A stretch of DNA of 64,000 nucleotides, taken from NCBI RefSeq assembly GCF_037042905.1, contig NC_087252.1:27034001-27098000 (forward strand). Direction: 5' to 3'. The notes under the pieces are model-generated. The model saw only the letters and a list, made by a program, of their open reading frames with translations. It was not told the origin of the DNA and did not search any database. Origin of the DNA: Lytechinus pictus. Taxonomy: Eukaryota. Shown here piece by piece: positions 1-12,300 of the stretch. Every line of letters starts with the position of its first letter. Position 1 is the first letter of the stretch. The position numbers were made by a program, and so were the translations under genes.

Positions 1-499
1 TCGAAAGAGGAGATAATACAAACAAATATGGAGGACAATGTAAGATGAGGTGAGGAAAGTGTATACGGTGAGGTTTTTTCAAAAGAGGAGATAGTACAAG
101 TATGGAGGACAATGTAAGATGAGCTGAGGCAAGTGTACAGTGAGGTTTTTCAAAAAAAAGGAGATAATACAAATATATGTGGAGGACAGTGTAAGATGAG
201 GTGAGGCAAGTGTGCAGTGAGGTTTTTTCAAAAGAGGAGATAGTACAGATATATATGGAGGATAATGTAAGATGAGATGAGGCAAGTGTACAGTGAGGGT
301 TTTTTCAAAAGAGGAGATAGTACAAGTATGGAGGACAATGTAAGATGAGGTGAGGCAAGTGTGCAGTGAGGTTTTTTCAAAAGAGGAGATATATGGAGGA
401 CAATGTAAGATGAGATGAGGCAAGTGTGCAGTGAAGTTTTTTCAAAAGAGGAGATAGTACAGATATATATGGAAGACAATGTAAGATGAGATGAGGCAA
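1..499 (-). repeat. Tandem satellite array (~65-77 bp units), reverse complement of the 4660-7500 array; runs off the window start
   Basis: Repeated GAGGACAATGTAAGATGAG(G/A)TGAGGCAAGTGT(G/A)CAGTGAGGTTTT, the reverse complement of the unit at 4660-7500. Confidence 0.95.
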
Positions 500-617
500 A
501 CTTAACAATAGTTTGACTGATCAACTTAAGACTTGATGATGTTTGGATATTTGAGTAGAGTTGATCTGATCAGATTTTTGTGTTAAAGGTCAATAACTCC
601 TAAAACGCATTGAAATA

Positions 618-778
618 CAGGGGCTGCGGAACCGAGGGGCTGGCCCCCCCCCCACTTTTTTCCAAAACTGTGTACAAAAACGCAAAAATGACCATATAAT
701 TGTGATTTTTTGCATGGTCAGCACCCCCTCCCCCTTTTGCTCAGCCCCCAAACTTTGAAAACCCTTCCGCGGCCCCTG
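618..778. mobile_element. Short MITE with CAGGGGC termini (hAT-like)
   Basis: TIRs CAGGGGCTGCGGAA / TTCCGCGGCCCCTG; 5-bp direct flank AAATA (613-617, 779-783). Confidence 0.75.
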
Positions 779-3700
779 AAATATATATAAAGCTAATATC
801 TATGCTTATGACTGGTGATCTCATTGGATGTTGAGATCAGGTTAAAAGTCATGCTATAACAGTCAGTAGGCAAGTCCTCAAAAAGTAGCTTCTTTTATAC
901 AAGTTATCATAGTCATGATGAGAGAGGTTTTGCATATTTAATGAACTTGATGCAGACCAAAACACCCAGGCTCTTTTAATTTGTTCATCGTTGCTCTAAA
1001 AATGTTATCCTGTCGGTCAAAACTCTTAATTTCGTGCTACAATTTTTTTTATCTTGTCTTTTTTTTATGGGAAAAGTGTAATCCGATGGTGCCACATATA
1101 AAAGTGACAGTGTGAGAAAGGACAGAAATTCAGCTTTGTGGTGATGTAGATATCAAAGTGGCTTAAAGGAAGAAAATTAATTTTTGAGGCACTTTTTCAG
1201 GCCAGAAATTCAATTATCAAAAGAAAATTATAAAAAATATATAGATGACCAATATTAAAGAGAAACATTTACTCTGTCCAAATGTGCAATGATTTAATTT
1301 TGACTTAAAGATAAATAAGGTGAATTCTTAGTGAAAGAAAATCTTAAGATTCACAAGATTTTGCATGGAGGGGGATTCAGCCAGGAAAGGATTTGATGAA
1401 TCTGGCCTATTTGTGATTAGCATAGGGACTTACGATCAGACTATTATAACTGTTATCATCTCTTTCTTCTGAACTCTTTGAAGGGATCAATTTAGAAATC
1501 GCCTCATTTGTTATTGAAGATTTTTTTCTTCAAAAGGTTAATTGTCAGCTAGGTCATGTTAAATATGTAAACATTTGATATATTCTAGCAAAGGCAGTGC
1601 CTTACATTTTGACCACATGTACATTTAGTAGAGAATCCATCTAGTTAGTATAAAAGTTTCTAATTGTATCGATTCAACTTATTGCTCTTACGATACTTGC
1701 TAATATTAGATCATGCAAGTATCAACTGTGTATATGATAATTCATTGTTTGTTAGCATAAATCAGTTTTGAGGCTGATCATTATTCTGTGACAACTATTT
1801 GATGTACGATTCTATGCCATTAGTGTATAGTGTTTTATTTGGTTTTTTTTTTTGGTGTTAATTGTACTCATACCATTTTAGACAAAATTTGCAACCATTT
1901 TGCTGCCTATACAACAGACTTAGGAGAAGGTGCAGAAACATTGTTAACATGCATCTGTTATCACAAATTAAACTTTGGTCATGTTTTGACTACTACTAAT
2001 ACTACTTCTACTATTATAACAGTACTTGCCAACATCATACACTAGTATGATATTTTATTATTTTATTAATCCTGCCACTACCATTTGTAAACAAACGTTA
2101 TTTATACTATTGTATCATATATGTATATATATATATATATTTATTAAAACTTCAGTTTCTTTTTATTACCATGTCCTGCTAGTATAATACTTGCCAGTAA
2201 AAAAAACATGTTAATTGTAACATGCTTTTTTGGCAGATAAAAATATATATTTGGGCAATACCATGAAATATGTGTGGGACCTTCCTGAAATTTTTTGTCT
2301 CTGATTTCTTGTTCTTTTGACAGTCTTATGTTCTCAAAGGACCATGACTTGGTCAGTTTATAAAATGAAGTAAAACTTGAGAAAAATTGGTGTCACTTGT
2401 AAAAAAAAAGTTGATCTTTTTAGGCAATTGACAAGCTATATGTCTCCAGCCATCCTAAAACCAACAATAAATGCCATATACTAATTTGAAGATTTCCATT
2501 CATCTTGAACAAGCATACCATGAGCTTTAAAATGATATATCAATTGAGGTCAATAATGTCTCTCTTAAGTACTTGATTGAATGCATGAAAATTGGTGAGA
2601 GCTTCAACGAATTGGGAGAAAACAAGGTTCGATATTTGGGGTTCACTAATTGTGAGATGGGTAATATGCAAACTTAAACTATTAAGCAATGGTTTTCAAA
2701 GAAACTCTTGTATTTTTGTCTTCAACTTTTACAACCTTAGATTTTGACAGTATAAAGAAAAGTAATTACTTTTTTAGATTAACTAAATTTTGATATTTTT
2801 TTTTAATTAAATACTATTGTGCTTATTTACTATAAACTTTCCATGGCAACTTATTGTTGATTCTGGGTGGCTGCTCACATTTAGTTTTGATGAGAAAAAA
2901 AACACACACATAGTGTATGAAAAAAATAAAAAAAATAAAAAGTTGCCTGGCTCTTGGGATTTTCTTGTATTTATTTTGTTATCTAACTCTTATAGATTTC
3001 ATTTAATCACAACAACCATTAATCTTGCCTCAACCATGCAACTAATATTGTAATAGTAGGCCTACTTACAAAACTTGATAAATCAACAATATATAAAGCT
3101 GTGATGTAGAAGAACTTAGTGATCCTATAACTACCATTAATTACATATAAATAGATTGTCTTTCAAGCGTTATGACATATAATCTCTTTCCGTCCAATAT
3201 CACATTGTACTATTTGATTCAGCTTACTGTCAAATGTAGTGCTTGCAAATTGTGAAAGTTCTTTTGTTCAAATAGGTTGTTTTACCTGTTATGCATTTAT
3301 ACTGGTTTTTTTTTATAAATATATTCTTTAACTTCATTTCTGTACATGTGCATGGTCTATATACTGTATCTTTTACAAATTAAGTCAATGTATGCTTACC
3401 AATTAAAGTTGGCCAAACACACAGTAGGTATGAACTATCACTGAGGGCAACCCCCTCCCCCCCCAAAAAAAAAAACCAATTGAAATATGTATAGCTACAT
3501 AAACCTGAAGTATAAGTCAATCAAATTTACTATGGCTAATTATATACTCTGACTTTTATTATTATTATTCTTGGCTTCCACTTGTGCAACAGTATGTCAT
3601 ATATATTTCAATTTGATCAATTTAATCAATTCAAGACTGAGTGGTATTTTGGTATAATGTTATAACTCAAGTGCTGTTGTCATCTCACAGTTTGGTGTAG

Positions 3701-3883
3701 TAATAATGTGTGCGTCCCGTTATACAACAGAAAATTATTAATCAAGCATGAGAGTGTTAAGTTGATTGACTCAAAGTGTGAGAGTTGAAGTTTGTGATGA
3801 TGTAGGTGGTGTGAGGTATATATGAAAGTGATCGATGGTAATGATGATAAGGTTCAGGGCTGGTATTCAATTTCATGGTGACG

Positions 3884-4012
3884 GGTAAAAATGGCAGAGG
3901 TAATAATGGCAAAGGTAAAAATGTCACAGGCAAAAATGGCAGAGGTAAAAATGGCAGAAGTAATAATAGCAAAGGTAAAAATGGCAGAGGCAAAAATGAC
4001 AGAGGTAAAGAT
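3884..4012 (+). repeat. 15-bp minisatellite (GGTAAAAATGGCAGA), about 8-9 copies
   Basis: Directly visible tandem units; they produce the spurious GKNGR-repeat ORF. Confidence 0.9.
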
Positions 4013-4659
4013 CATGACATGCTAGATCAGCAAGGAAAAGATACAGCCTTTCCACTTGATATCATTTATGGTTATTGACTTGAATGGACTCTTATCGACA
4101 AAATGAGTATTATGAACTGACAAGATATTAGTTTTTTTTTCTTTTTCAAAATCAACACTTAGACTTGAATCAGCCCACGTAAATTTACCTCGGTCAATTT
4201 TGTCTGGGACCACAGTTTTCCTGCTGACTTGGGTGAAACATGATTAAGAAAAAATAGTATTATTTTTTCTGGGACCACAGATTTCCTGCTAACTCTGGTA
4301 AAACACGACTAAGAAAAAATATTAAGACAATTGTTTTGCATATTCTGGTTTAAAAAAAAAAAAATTTCTATCAGATTTGCATCTTTTGGGAAGAGATTTT
4401 ATATATTTTGGGAGTGGAAAGGTTAAAAATTCATTCATGCAAGGAGGAGGTTCAAAGCACTCGAGTTGTAAAATTCACTCCCAAAAAATTGGCCACCAAT
4501 TAATCCATATGATTTCAGACTTGCCTCACCTCCACATAAGTCTATTTTAAATACATTTTTTTTCTTAAAGGTCAAGTCCACCCAAGCAAAATGTAGATTT
4601 AAATAAAAAGAGAAAAATTCAACAAGCATAACACTAAAAATTTCATCAAAATCGGATAG

Positions 4660-7500
4660 AACCTCACTGTACTTTGCCTCATCTCATCTTACATTGTCCT
4701 CTACATATATTTTATCATTATGCAATTTTTGATAAAACCTCACTGTACACTTGCCTCATCTCATCTTACATTGTCCTCCATATATATCTGTACTATCTCT
4801 TCTTTTGAAAAAACCTCACTGCACACTTGCCTCATCTCAACTTACATTGTCCTCCATATATCTCCTCTTTTGAAAAAACCTCACTGCACACTTGCCTCAG
4901 CTCATCTTACACTGTCCTCCATATATATTTGTATTATCTTTTAAAAAACCTCACTGCATCCTTGCCTCAGCTCATCTTACATTGTCCTTCATATATATCT
5001 GTACTATTTCCTCTTTTGAAAAAAACCTCACTGCACACTTGCCTCAGCTCATCTTACATTGTCCTCCATATATCTCCTCTTTTGAAAATACCTCACTGCA
5101 CACTTGCCTCAGCTCATCTTACATTGTCCTCTACATATATCTCCTCTTTTGAAAAAACCTCACTGCACACTTGCCTCAGCTCATCTTACATTGTCCTCCA
5201 TATATATCTGTACTATTTCCTCTTTTGAAATAACCTCACTGCACACTTGCCTCAGCTCATCTTACATTGTCCTCCATATATCTCCTCTTTTGAAAAAACC
5301 TCACTGCACACTTGCCTCATCTCATCTTATATTGTCCTCCATATATATCTGTACTATCTCCTCTTTTGAAAAAAACCTCACTGCATCCTTGCCTCAGCTC
5401 ATCTTACATTGTCCTCCATATATCTGTACTATCTCCTCTTTTGAAAAAACCTCACTGCACACTTGCCTCAGCTCATCTTACATTGTCCTCTACGTATATC
5501 TTATCATACAATTTTTTTTATGAAACCTCACCGTACACTTGCCTCATCTCATCTTACATTGTCCTCCATATATATCTGTACTATCTCCTCTTTTGAAAAA
5601 ACCTCACTGCACACTTGCCTCACCTCATCTTGCATTGTTCTCCATGTATTTGTATTATTTCCTCTTTTGAAAATACCCTCACTGTATACCTGCCTCATCT
5701 CATCTTACATTGTCCTCCATATATATCTGTACTATCTCCTCTTTTGAAAAAAACCTCACTGCACACTTGCCTCATCTCATCTTACATTGTCCTCCATATA
5801 TATCTGTACTATCTCCTCTTTTGAAAAAACCTCACTGCACATTTGCTTCATCTCATCTTACATTGTCCTCCATATATCTCCTCTTTTGAAAAAACCTCAC
5901 TGCACACTTGCCTCATCTCATCTTACATTGTCCTCTACATATATTTTATCATACAATTTTTGATAAAACCTCACCGTACACTTGCCTCATCTCATCTTAC
6001 ATTGTCCTCCATATATATCTGTACTATCTCCTCTTTTGAAAAAAAATCCTCACTGCACACTTGCCTCACCTCATCTTACATTGTCCTCCATATATCTCCT
6101 CTTACTTTCCTCACCTCATCTTACATTGTCCTCTACATATATTTTATCATTATACAACTTTTGATAAAACCTCACTGTACACTTGCCTCATCTCATCTTA
6201 CATTGTCCTCCATATATATCTGTACTATCTCCTCTTTTGAAAAAAACCTTACTGCACACTTGCCTCACCTCATCTTACATTGTCCTCCATATATCTCCTC
6301 TTTTGAAAAACCTCACTGCACACTTGCCTCATCTCATCTTACATTGTCCTCCATATATCTCCTCTTTTGAAAAAACCTCACTGCACACTTGCCTCAGCTC
6401 ATCTTACATTGTCCTCTACATATATTCTATCATCATACAATTTTTGATAAAACCTCACCTTACACTTGCCTCATCTCATCTTACATTGTCCTCCATATAT
6501 ATCTGTACTATCTCCTCTTTTGAAAAAACCTCACTGCACACTTGCCTCATCTCATCTTACATTGTCCTCCATATATATCTGTACTATCTCCTCTTTTGAA
6601 AAAACCTCACTGCACATTTGCTTCATCTCGATCATCTTACATTGTCCTCCATATATCTCCTCTTTTGAAAAAACCTCACTGCACACTTGCCTCATCTCAT
6701 CTTACATTGTCCTCTACATATATTTTATCATACAATTTTTGATAAAACCTCACCGTACACTTGCCTCATCTCATCTTACATTGTCCTCCATATATATCTG
6801 TACTATCTCCTCTTTTGAAAAAAAATCCTCACTGCACACTTGCCTCACCTCATCTTACATTGTCCTCCATATATCTCCTCTTACTTTCCTCACCTCATCT
6901 TACATTGTCCTCTACATATATTTTATCATTATACAACTTTTGATAAAACCTCACTGTACACTTGCCTCATCTCATCTTACATTGTCCTCCATATATATCT
7001 GTACTATCTCCTCTTTTGAAAAAAAACCTCACTGCACACTTGCCTCACCTCATCTTACATTGTCCTCCATATATCTCCTCTTACTTTCCTCACCTCATCT
7101 TACATTGTCCTCTACATATATTTTATCATTATACAACTTTTGATAAAACCTTACTGTACACTTGCCTCATCTCATCTTACATTGTCCTCCATATATATCT
7201 GTACTATCTCCTCTTTTGAAAAAAACCTCACTACACACTTGCCTCATCTCATCTTACATTGTCCTCCATATATATCTGTACTATCTCCTCTTTTGAAAAA
7301 ACCTCACTGCACACTTGCCTCATCTCATCTTACATTGTCCTCCACATATATTTGTATTATCTCCTTTTTTTAAAAAAACCTCACTGTACACTTGCCTCAG
7401 CTCATCTTACATTGTCCTCCACAATATATTTGTATCATCTTCTCTTCTGAAAAAACCTCACTGCACACTTGCCTCACCTCATCTTCCATTGTCCTCCATA
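4660..7500 (+). repeat. Tandem satellite array: ~45-bp conserved core plus a few alternative 20-32 bp tails, with higher-order duplication
   Basis: Core AAAACCTCACTGCACACTTGCCTCA(T/G/C)CTCATCTTACATTGTCCTC repeated dozens of times; block near 5770-6240 recurs about 775 bp downstream. Confidence 0.97.
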
Positions 7501-7639
7501 TATTTATATCATTTTCTCTTATGTAAAAACTTCATCAAACACTTATATTTTCTACACTATAAACTCCTACGTTGTTTTATACACACACACACACACACAC
7601 CATTTGAAAACTCTCTTTGGTTGTTCACACTCGGTATTG

Positions 7640-8120
7640 TACACACACACATGCACACGACCACGATCTAATGAATATTCATCGGCGAACCGTCGGATGG
7701 ATAGTGACGTAGGAGCTGGACATTTTATCGCCCCTCGCTGTACTTTGTCATCAAAAGTGCCTACCGAGCTCAACCGGCTGCCCTGGGGATCGGATCGTGT
7801 TCCGGGGGTTCCGGGCGCGCGCCGGCGCGGGAGTACGAGTGTCGGCACGGCGGCCGTAAGTGAATCCATCTAAGGACATGAAGGGCAAGGACGACAAAGC
7901 TAAGTGCATCACACATGTAGATCCTACACTACAGTACGGAAACACTGGATGTGCCGTGGAAACTGCTTTCTATTTTCTGATTCAAATGGTACCGGTACCG
8001 TACCTGACTGACTTAGGTATGTAGCCTAGATCTACCGTACCGTACGTCATGTACGGTACGTAGCCGTAGGAACTAGGTCTAGGATTCAGGAATAGGATGG
8101 GGGTTCGGCAGTTCGCGGGT
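7640..8120 (+). promoter_or_regulatory. CpG-rich island; candidate promoter/first exon
   Basis: Abrupt rise in CpG and GC content in an AT-rich background; donor-like TAG|GTATGT at 8017-8022. No transcript evidence. Confidence 0.35.
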
Positions 8121-8391
8121 GTCCGAATATTATTTTTGAAAGCCTTCTTTTTTACTGTCTTTGCCTTCGGATTTATGTACCGTAATATGTATAGGATACG
8201 GTATGGTGATTTTTGCTTTTGTTTTGCGTCGCTGTTTTAACTTCAAAAGTCTCTATCTCACTAACTTAACTATACACCCTAGGCCCTATGACAATATATT
8301 TTCTGGGTAAGGACTCTAACTCTAAGAGTTCCATATGAACTCAGAAATAGCATTATTGATATGGTTAATGGTACTATAACTTGTATAAGAC

Positions 8392-9006
8392 TAACCCAGA
8401 GAGCTCCAGCCCGCGTAGCGGGCTGGAGCCCAGACGCGCAGTGTACAAACGGGCATTCAGGTGAGAGTACCGTGAAGTTTGGTCAATATCATTTACATAA
8501 TACATAATTTAAACAGAAATTAAGCACTTACCACGATTGTATGGATGATAGTCTAACGAGTGGCAGTTTCCTGACATCGAGGCACAGACTGGAACCTCAA
8601 AAAACGATCAGTTCTGTCGCGGTGGCTCTCCTTCTTTCAAAATTCATAGCAAAATGGCCGTTCGAGAGGGTGTAGGGCGCATGCGCGAATTTGACAAAGT
8701 CTATATGCGCTAGTGCTATACTAGCCTCGGTCTCGATCGGCCATTTTGTTTTGAATTTTGAAAGAGGGAGAGACACCGCGACAGAACTGATCGTTTTTTG
8801 AGGTTCCAGTCTGTGCCTCGATGTCAGGAAACTGCCACTCGTTAGACTATCATCCATACAATCGTGGTAAGTGCTTAATTTCTGTTTAAATTATGTATTA
8901 TGTAAATGATATTGACCAAACTTCACGGTACTCTCACCTGAATGCCCGTTTGTACACTGCGCGTCTGGGCTCCAGCCCGCTACGCGGGCTGGAGCTCTCT
9001 GGGTTA
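8392..9006. mobile_element. 615-bp foldback non-autonomous DNA transposon (MULE/Mutator-like by TSD and long TIRs)
   Basis: 276-bp inverted arms (8392-8667, 8731-9006) around a 63-bp spacer; exact 9-bp TSD GTATAAGAC (8383-8391, 9007-9015). Confidence 0.9.
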
Positions 9007-9746
9007 GTATAAGACAAACTTACAATACATTGTGTTAAATACTAAATAGAAAAATATTTTTTTTTAACCTCATATTTTGTATCATAATAGGGCCTAATTA
9101 ATATAGCCTCCCTACGACCAAAATAATCATTTATCTGTATACCCAGTTGTTGTGTGTCCGGACAGGTTGTGTGTCCGGACGATCAATTAATAGAAAGTCA
9201 TTTGGAAAAATTTACAAGCTAAGTTTCATAAATTTTTAGTACAAAGAGTCAAAGTGTTCGGAAATATTATAGAGAACAAAATAGAAGATGATTACAACTA
9301 TTGAATTCATATTTTTAGTGTAGCCTAATCCAAAGACAAAAAAAGAAGGCTTCAAAAATATAAAGTGTCCGGACACCCGACTCCCCATCCTACAGTACAG
9401 AGTCAGACCTTTTATAACATTGGGAGTACCTTTAGAATCCAATGTCATGTTATAATCGATTATCAGACCAATTTACCTCCTAATCGCTGCTGCTGGTGTG
9501 TGATAGCCGGCTCTATGGTGATAGCGTTTTGTCGCCCTCTACGTTCGTGAGCGAATTAAGAGGCCCCGGCGTCAAGCAGGAGATCGGATAAAGTTTGGGG
9601 GGGCAGATGGGGGGATGGCCCCGTAGGAGGAGTAAACGACTTATCCAATATGGTTGATGTAGTAGGAGAGAGCGAAGTAATGGCAGGTGATATGATAATC
9701 AGGGGACTTTTAAAGGGAAGATACATGAAGGAATCAAAGTCAAAGA

Positions 9747-10203
9747 CAGTAGAGGCGAACGGCCAATATGAGAGACTCTCTCCAATAGGGGAGACAATCT
9801 CCCACACTGGAGACTTGCTTTGCAAAAGGACAAAAGAAACAACACCAACAAAAGCATGATTTTTTCCACCCAAAATTTTGTCTCACTGAGGTCAGAAGCC
9901 CATTTGTTTTGTGTGTGATTGACAACAAAAATATTTATTAAAACAAAAGTAGATGGTGAATATTTAAAGTAGACGGTGAAAAGGGGTAATTTTTCATGAG
10001 GAATCTGCTTATCACATTTTTATTTGCCGCCAAGGTAATCCTTTTGCAGCAAATGTAAACAAAGGAAATTGGACTCCAAAACCGGAGACTGTCTCTGAAA
10101 TTGGATACCCAAAAAGTCCCAAATTCTTTACAAAAGTCTCTGATATTGGAGATAATCTCCCACATTGGAGACAGTCTCCAATATTGGCCGTGCGCCTCTA
10201 CTG
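9747..10203. mobile_element. MITE with CAGTAGAGGCG termini and 5-bp TSD
   Basis: TIRs CAGTAGAGGCGAACGGCCAATAT / ATATTGGCCGTGCGCCTCTACTG; TSD AAAGA (9742-9746, 10204-10208); internal GGAGA..TCTCC repeats. Confidence 0.8.
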
Positions 10204-10479
10204 AAAGAGGGGGCACGTGATCGAGGACATATGTGCAATGGTATTTAAGTATGATGATAATGTTGATATTTTGTATTATACAACACATGTGTAGATCCTT
10301 GACAGCTGATTGGATGAAAGCGTGTCACATGACATTCAGAGGAATCAGCTATAGCACGCTAAGATATGCTAGCCGTGCTATAGTCGACTATTGCACGCTC
10401 GTGCTATATAGTCGACTATAGCACGCTTAAGTAAATGAGCCAGCACTGCAAGATCTCTGGGCACACTGAACCCATTGAT

Positions 10480-10850
10480 AGCCCCGTACACGTTAAGTGA
10501 ATTAGCGGTATACGCGCGTAATCACGTTTTTGTATATCTCTGACCGATGTACGTAGCACTGCGCATACACGTTGCTAAGCTGAACACAATGCGCGTACGT
10601 ACGTTGCTAAGCAAATTATTTCCAGGGTACAACTGCGTACCTTCTGGGTTTCCTTCTGGGTTTTATGGAATTCATTCACAAATTAGACTTCATAGATCTA
10701 TGTTGAGTACTTGACTCTCCTGGGATTACTGGAGTAAATCTACTCGACGCTCAAAAGACAACATTGTAAGCAAAATTAAGACCTAATGCGCGTTAGTCAT
10801 GTACTACACCTATAGATCTAGCCTATCTAGATCTAGTCTAAAGTGTAAGC
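10480..10850 (+). promoter_or_regulatory. Second CpG-rich candidate promoter/first exon
   Basis: CpG-dense stretch (TACGCGCGTA, GCGCGTACGTACG); donor-like ATT|GTAAGC at 10766, followed by TAGATCTA clusters as after the 8017 donor. Confidence 0.25.
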
Positions 10851-11429
10851 TATCGGTGTTGTATTATACAAATAATGCATGCAGCTGAGTGCGTTAGTGG
10901 AAATGCAGAGCACGCAAGGTTTCTTTAGATAGGTGCCGCACTGTGCACGAGCCGCTGGCGGCGAGTGCCCAGTGTGCACCATCTGAAGAAACCGAGCTTT
11001 CTCTGCATTTACTTTTACGCACGACAGAGCAAGTGCATTATTTGTTTTATAAAATAGCAACACAGAAACAAATTCTTAAAAAGTTACAGTACAGTTTTGT
11101 TGGACTTCTCCCGGGACTTCTACCACATTGGTTTGCTTGAGCGTGCAATGTCAATTTTCGTTGCGCACCTTTTTCACTGCCGTGCAGTGCACCAAAAAAG
11201 TTGGATGTCATGTGACGCGTATTGGCCAATCGCGATGCTTGAAATAGTACACCTATTTAAAAAAAAACAAATATTCAATGTTGTATTCGTGCGACGTTCC
11301 GAATATTACATTCGTTGCAAGTTGATACAGCCTATTCAACTCCGCTTCGCGTCGTTGAATAGACTGTTTCAACTTGCACACTCATGCAATATTCGGAACG
11401 ATCGCACTCATCAACATTGAATATTTGTA

Positions 11430-12300
11430 TACTATTGGATACTTGGATACTATGGATATTTGGATACATGGATACGTGGATACATGGATACGTGGATACA
11501 TGGATACTTTGATACTATTGGATAATTGGATACATGGATACGTGGATACTATTGGATACATGGATACTTGGATACATGGATACGTGGATACGTGGATACG
11601 CGGATACTATTGGATACTTGGATACATGGATACGTGGATACGGGGATACATGGATACTATTGCATACATGGATACTTGGATACATGGATACGTGGATACA
11701 TGGATACGCGGATACGTGGATACGTGGATACGTGGATACATGGATACATGGATACTTGGATACTTGGATACATGGATACTTGGATACTTGGATACTTGGA
11801 TACATGGATACGCGGATACGTGGATACGTGGATACGTGGATACTTGGATACTATTGGATACGCGGATACGTGGATACGCGGATACGTGGATACTTGGATA
11901 CATGGATACATGGATACTTGGATACATAGATACGGGGATACATGGATACTTGGATACTACGTGGATACATGGATACTTGGATACTATTGGATACTTGGAT
12001 ACGTGGATACATGTACATGGATACGTGGATACGGGGATACATGGATACTTGGATACTATTGGATACATGGATACTTGGATACATGGATACGGGGATACGC
12101 GGATACGGGGATACTTGGATACTTTGGATACACGGATACATGTACGTGGATACGTGGATACTATTGGATTCATGGATACTTGGATATATGGATACGTGGA
12201 TATTTGATACTATTGGATACTTGGATACGTGGCTATGGGCATATGCCTACATGAAACTTGGATATGTAGATACTTGGAATTTTTGATACTCTGGAACATG
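11430..12300 (+). repeat. 8-11 bp minisatellite (TGGATAC(A/G/T))n
   Basis: Dozens of GGATAC cores; produces the spurious DTWIRGY ORFs. Confidence 0.97.

Noticed and set aside
3875..4078. GKNGR pentapeptide-repeat ORF
   Set aside because: It is explained by the 15-bp minisatellite; no other coding evidence.
4660..7500. CRISPR-like look (constant repeat plus variable spacer)
   Set aside because: The spacers come from a few recurring, related tails rather than being unique; there are no cas genes; the context is eukaryotic and intron-containing.
4720..7671. Many overlapping ORFs (PHLILHCPPY / KKPHCTLAS), also at 79-524
   Set aside because: They are translations of the satellite in several frames, with no domain or splice support.
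11374..12286. 277-aa and 242-aa DTWIRGY-repeat ORFs
   Set aside because: They arise from a nearly stop-free 8-11 bp minisatellite that is open in several frames on both strands.
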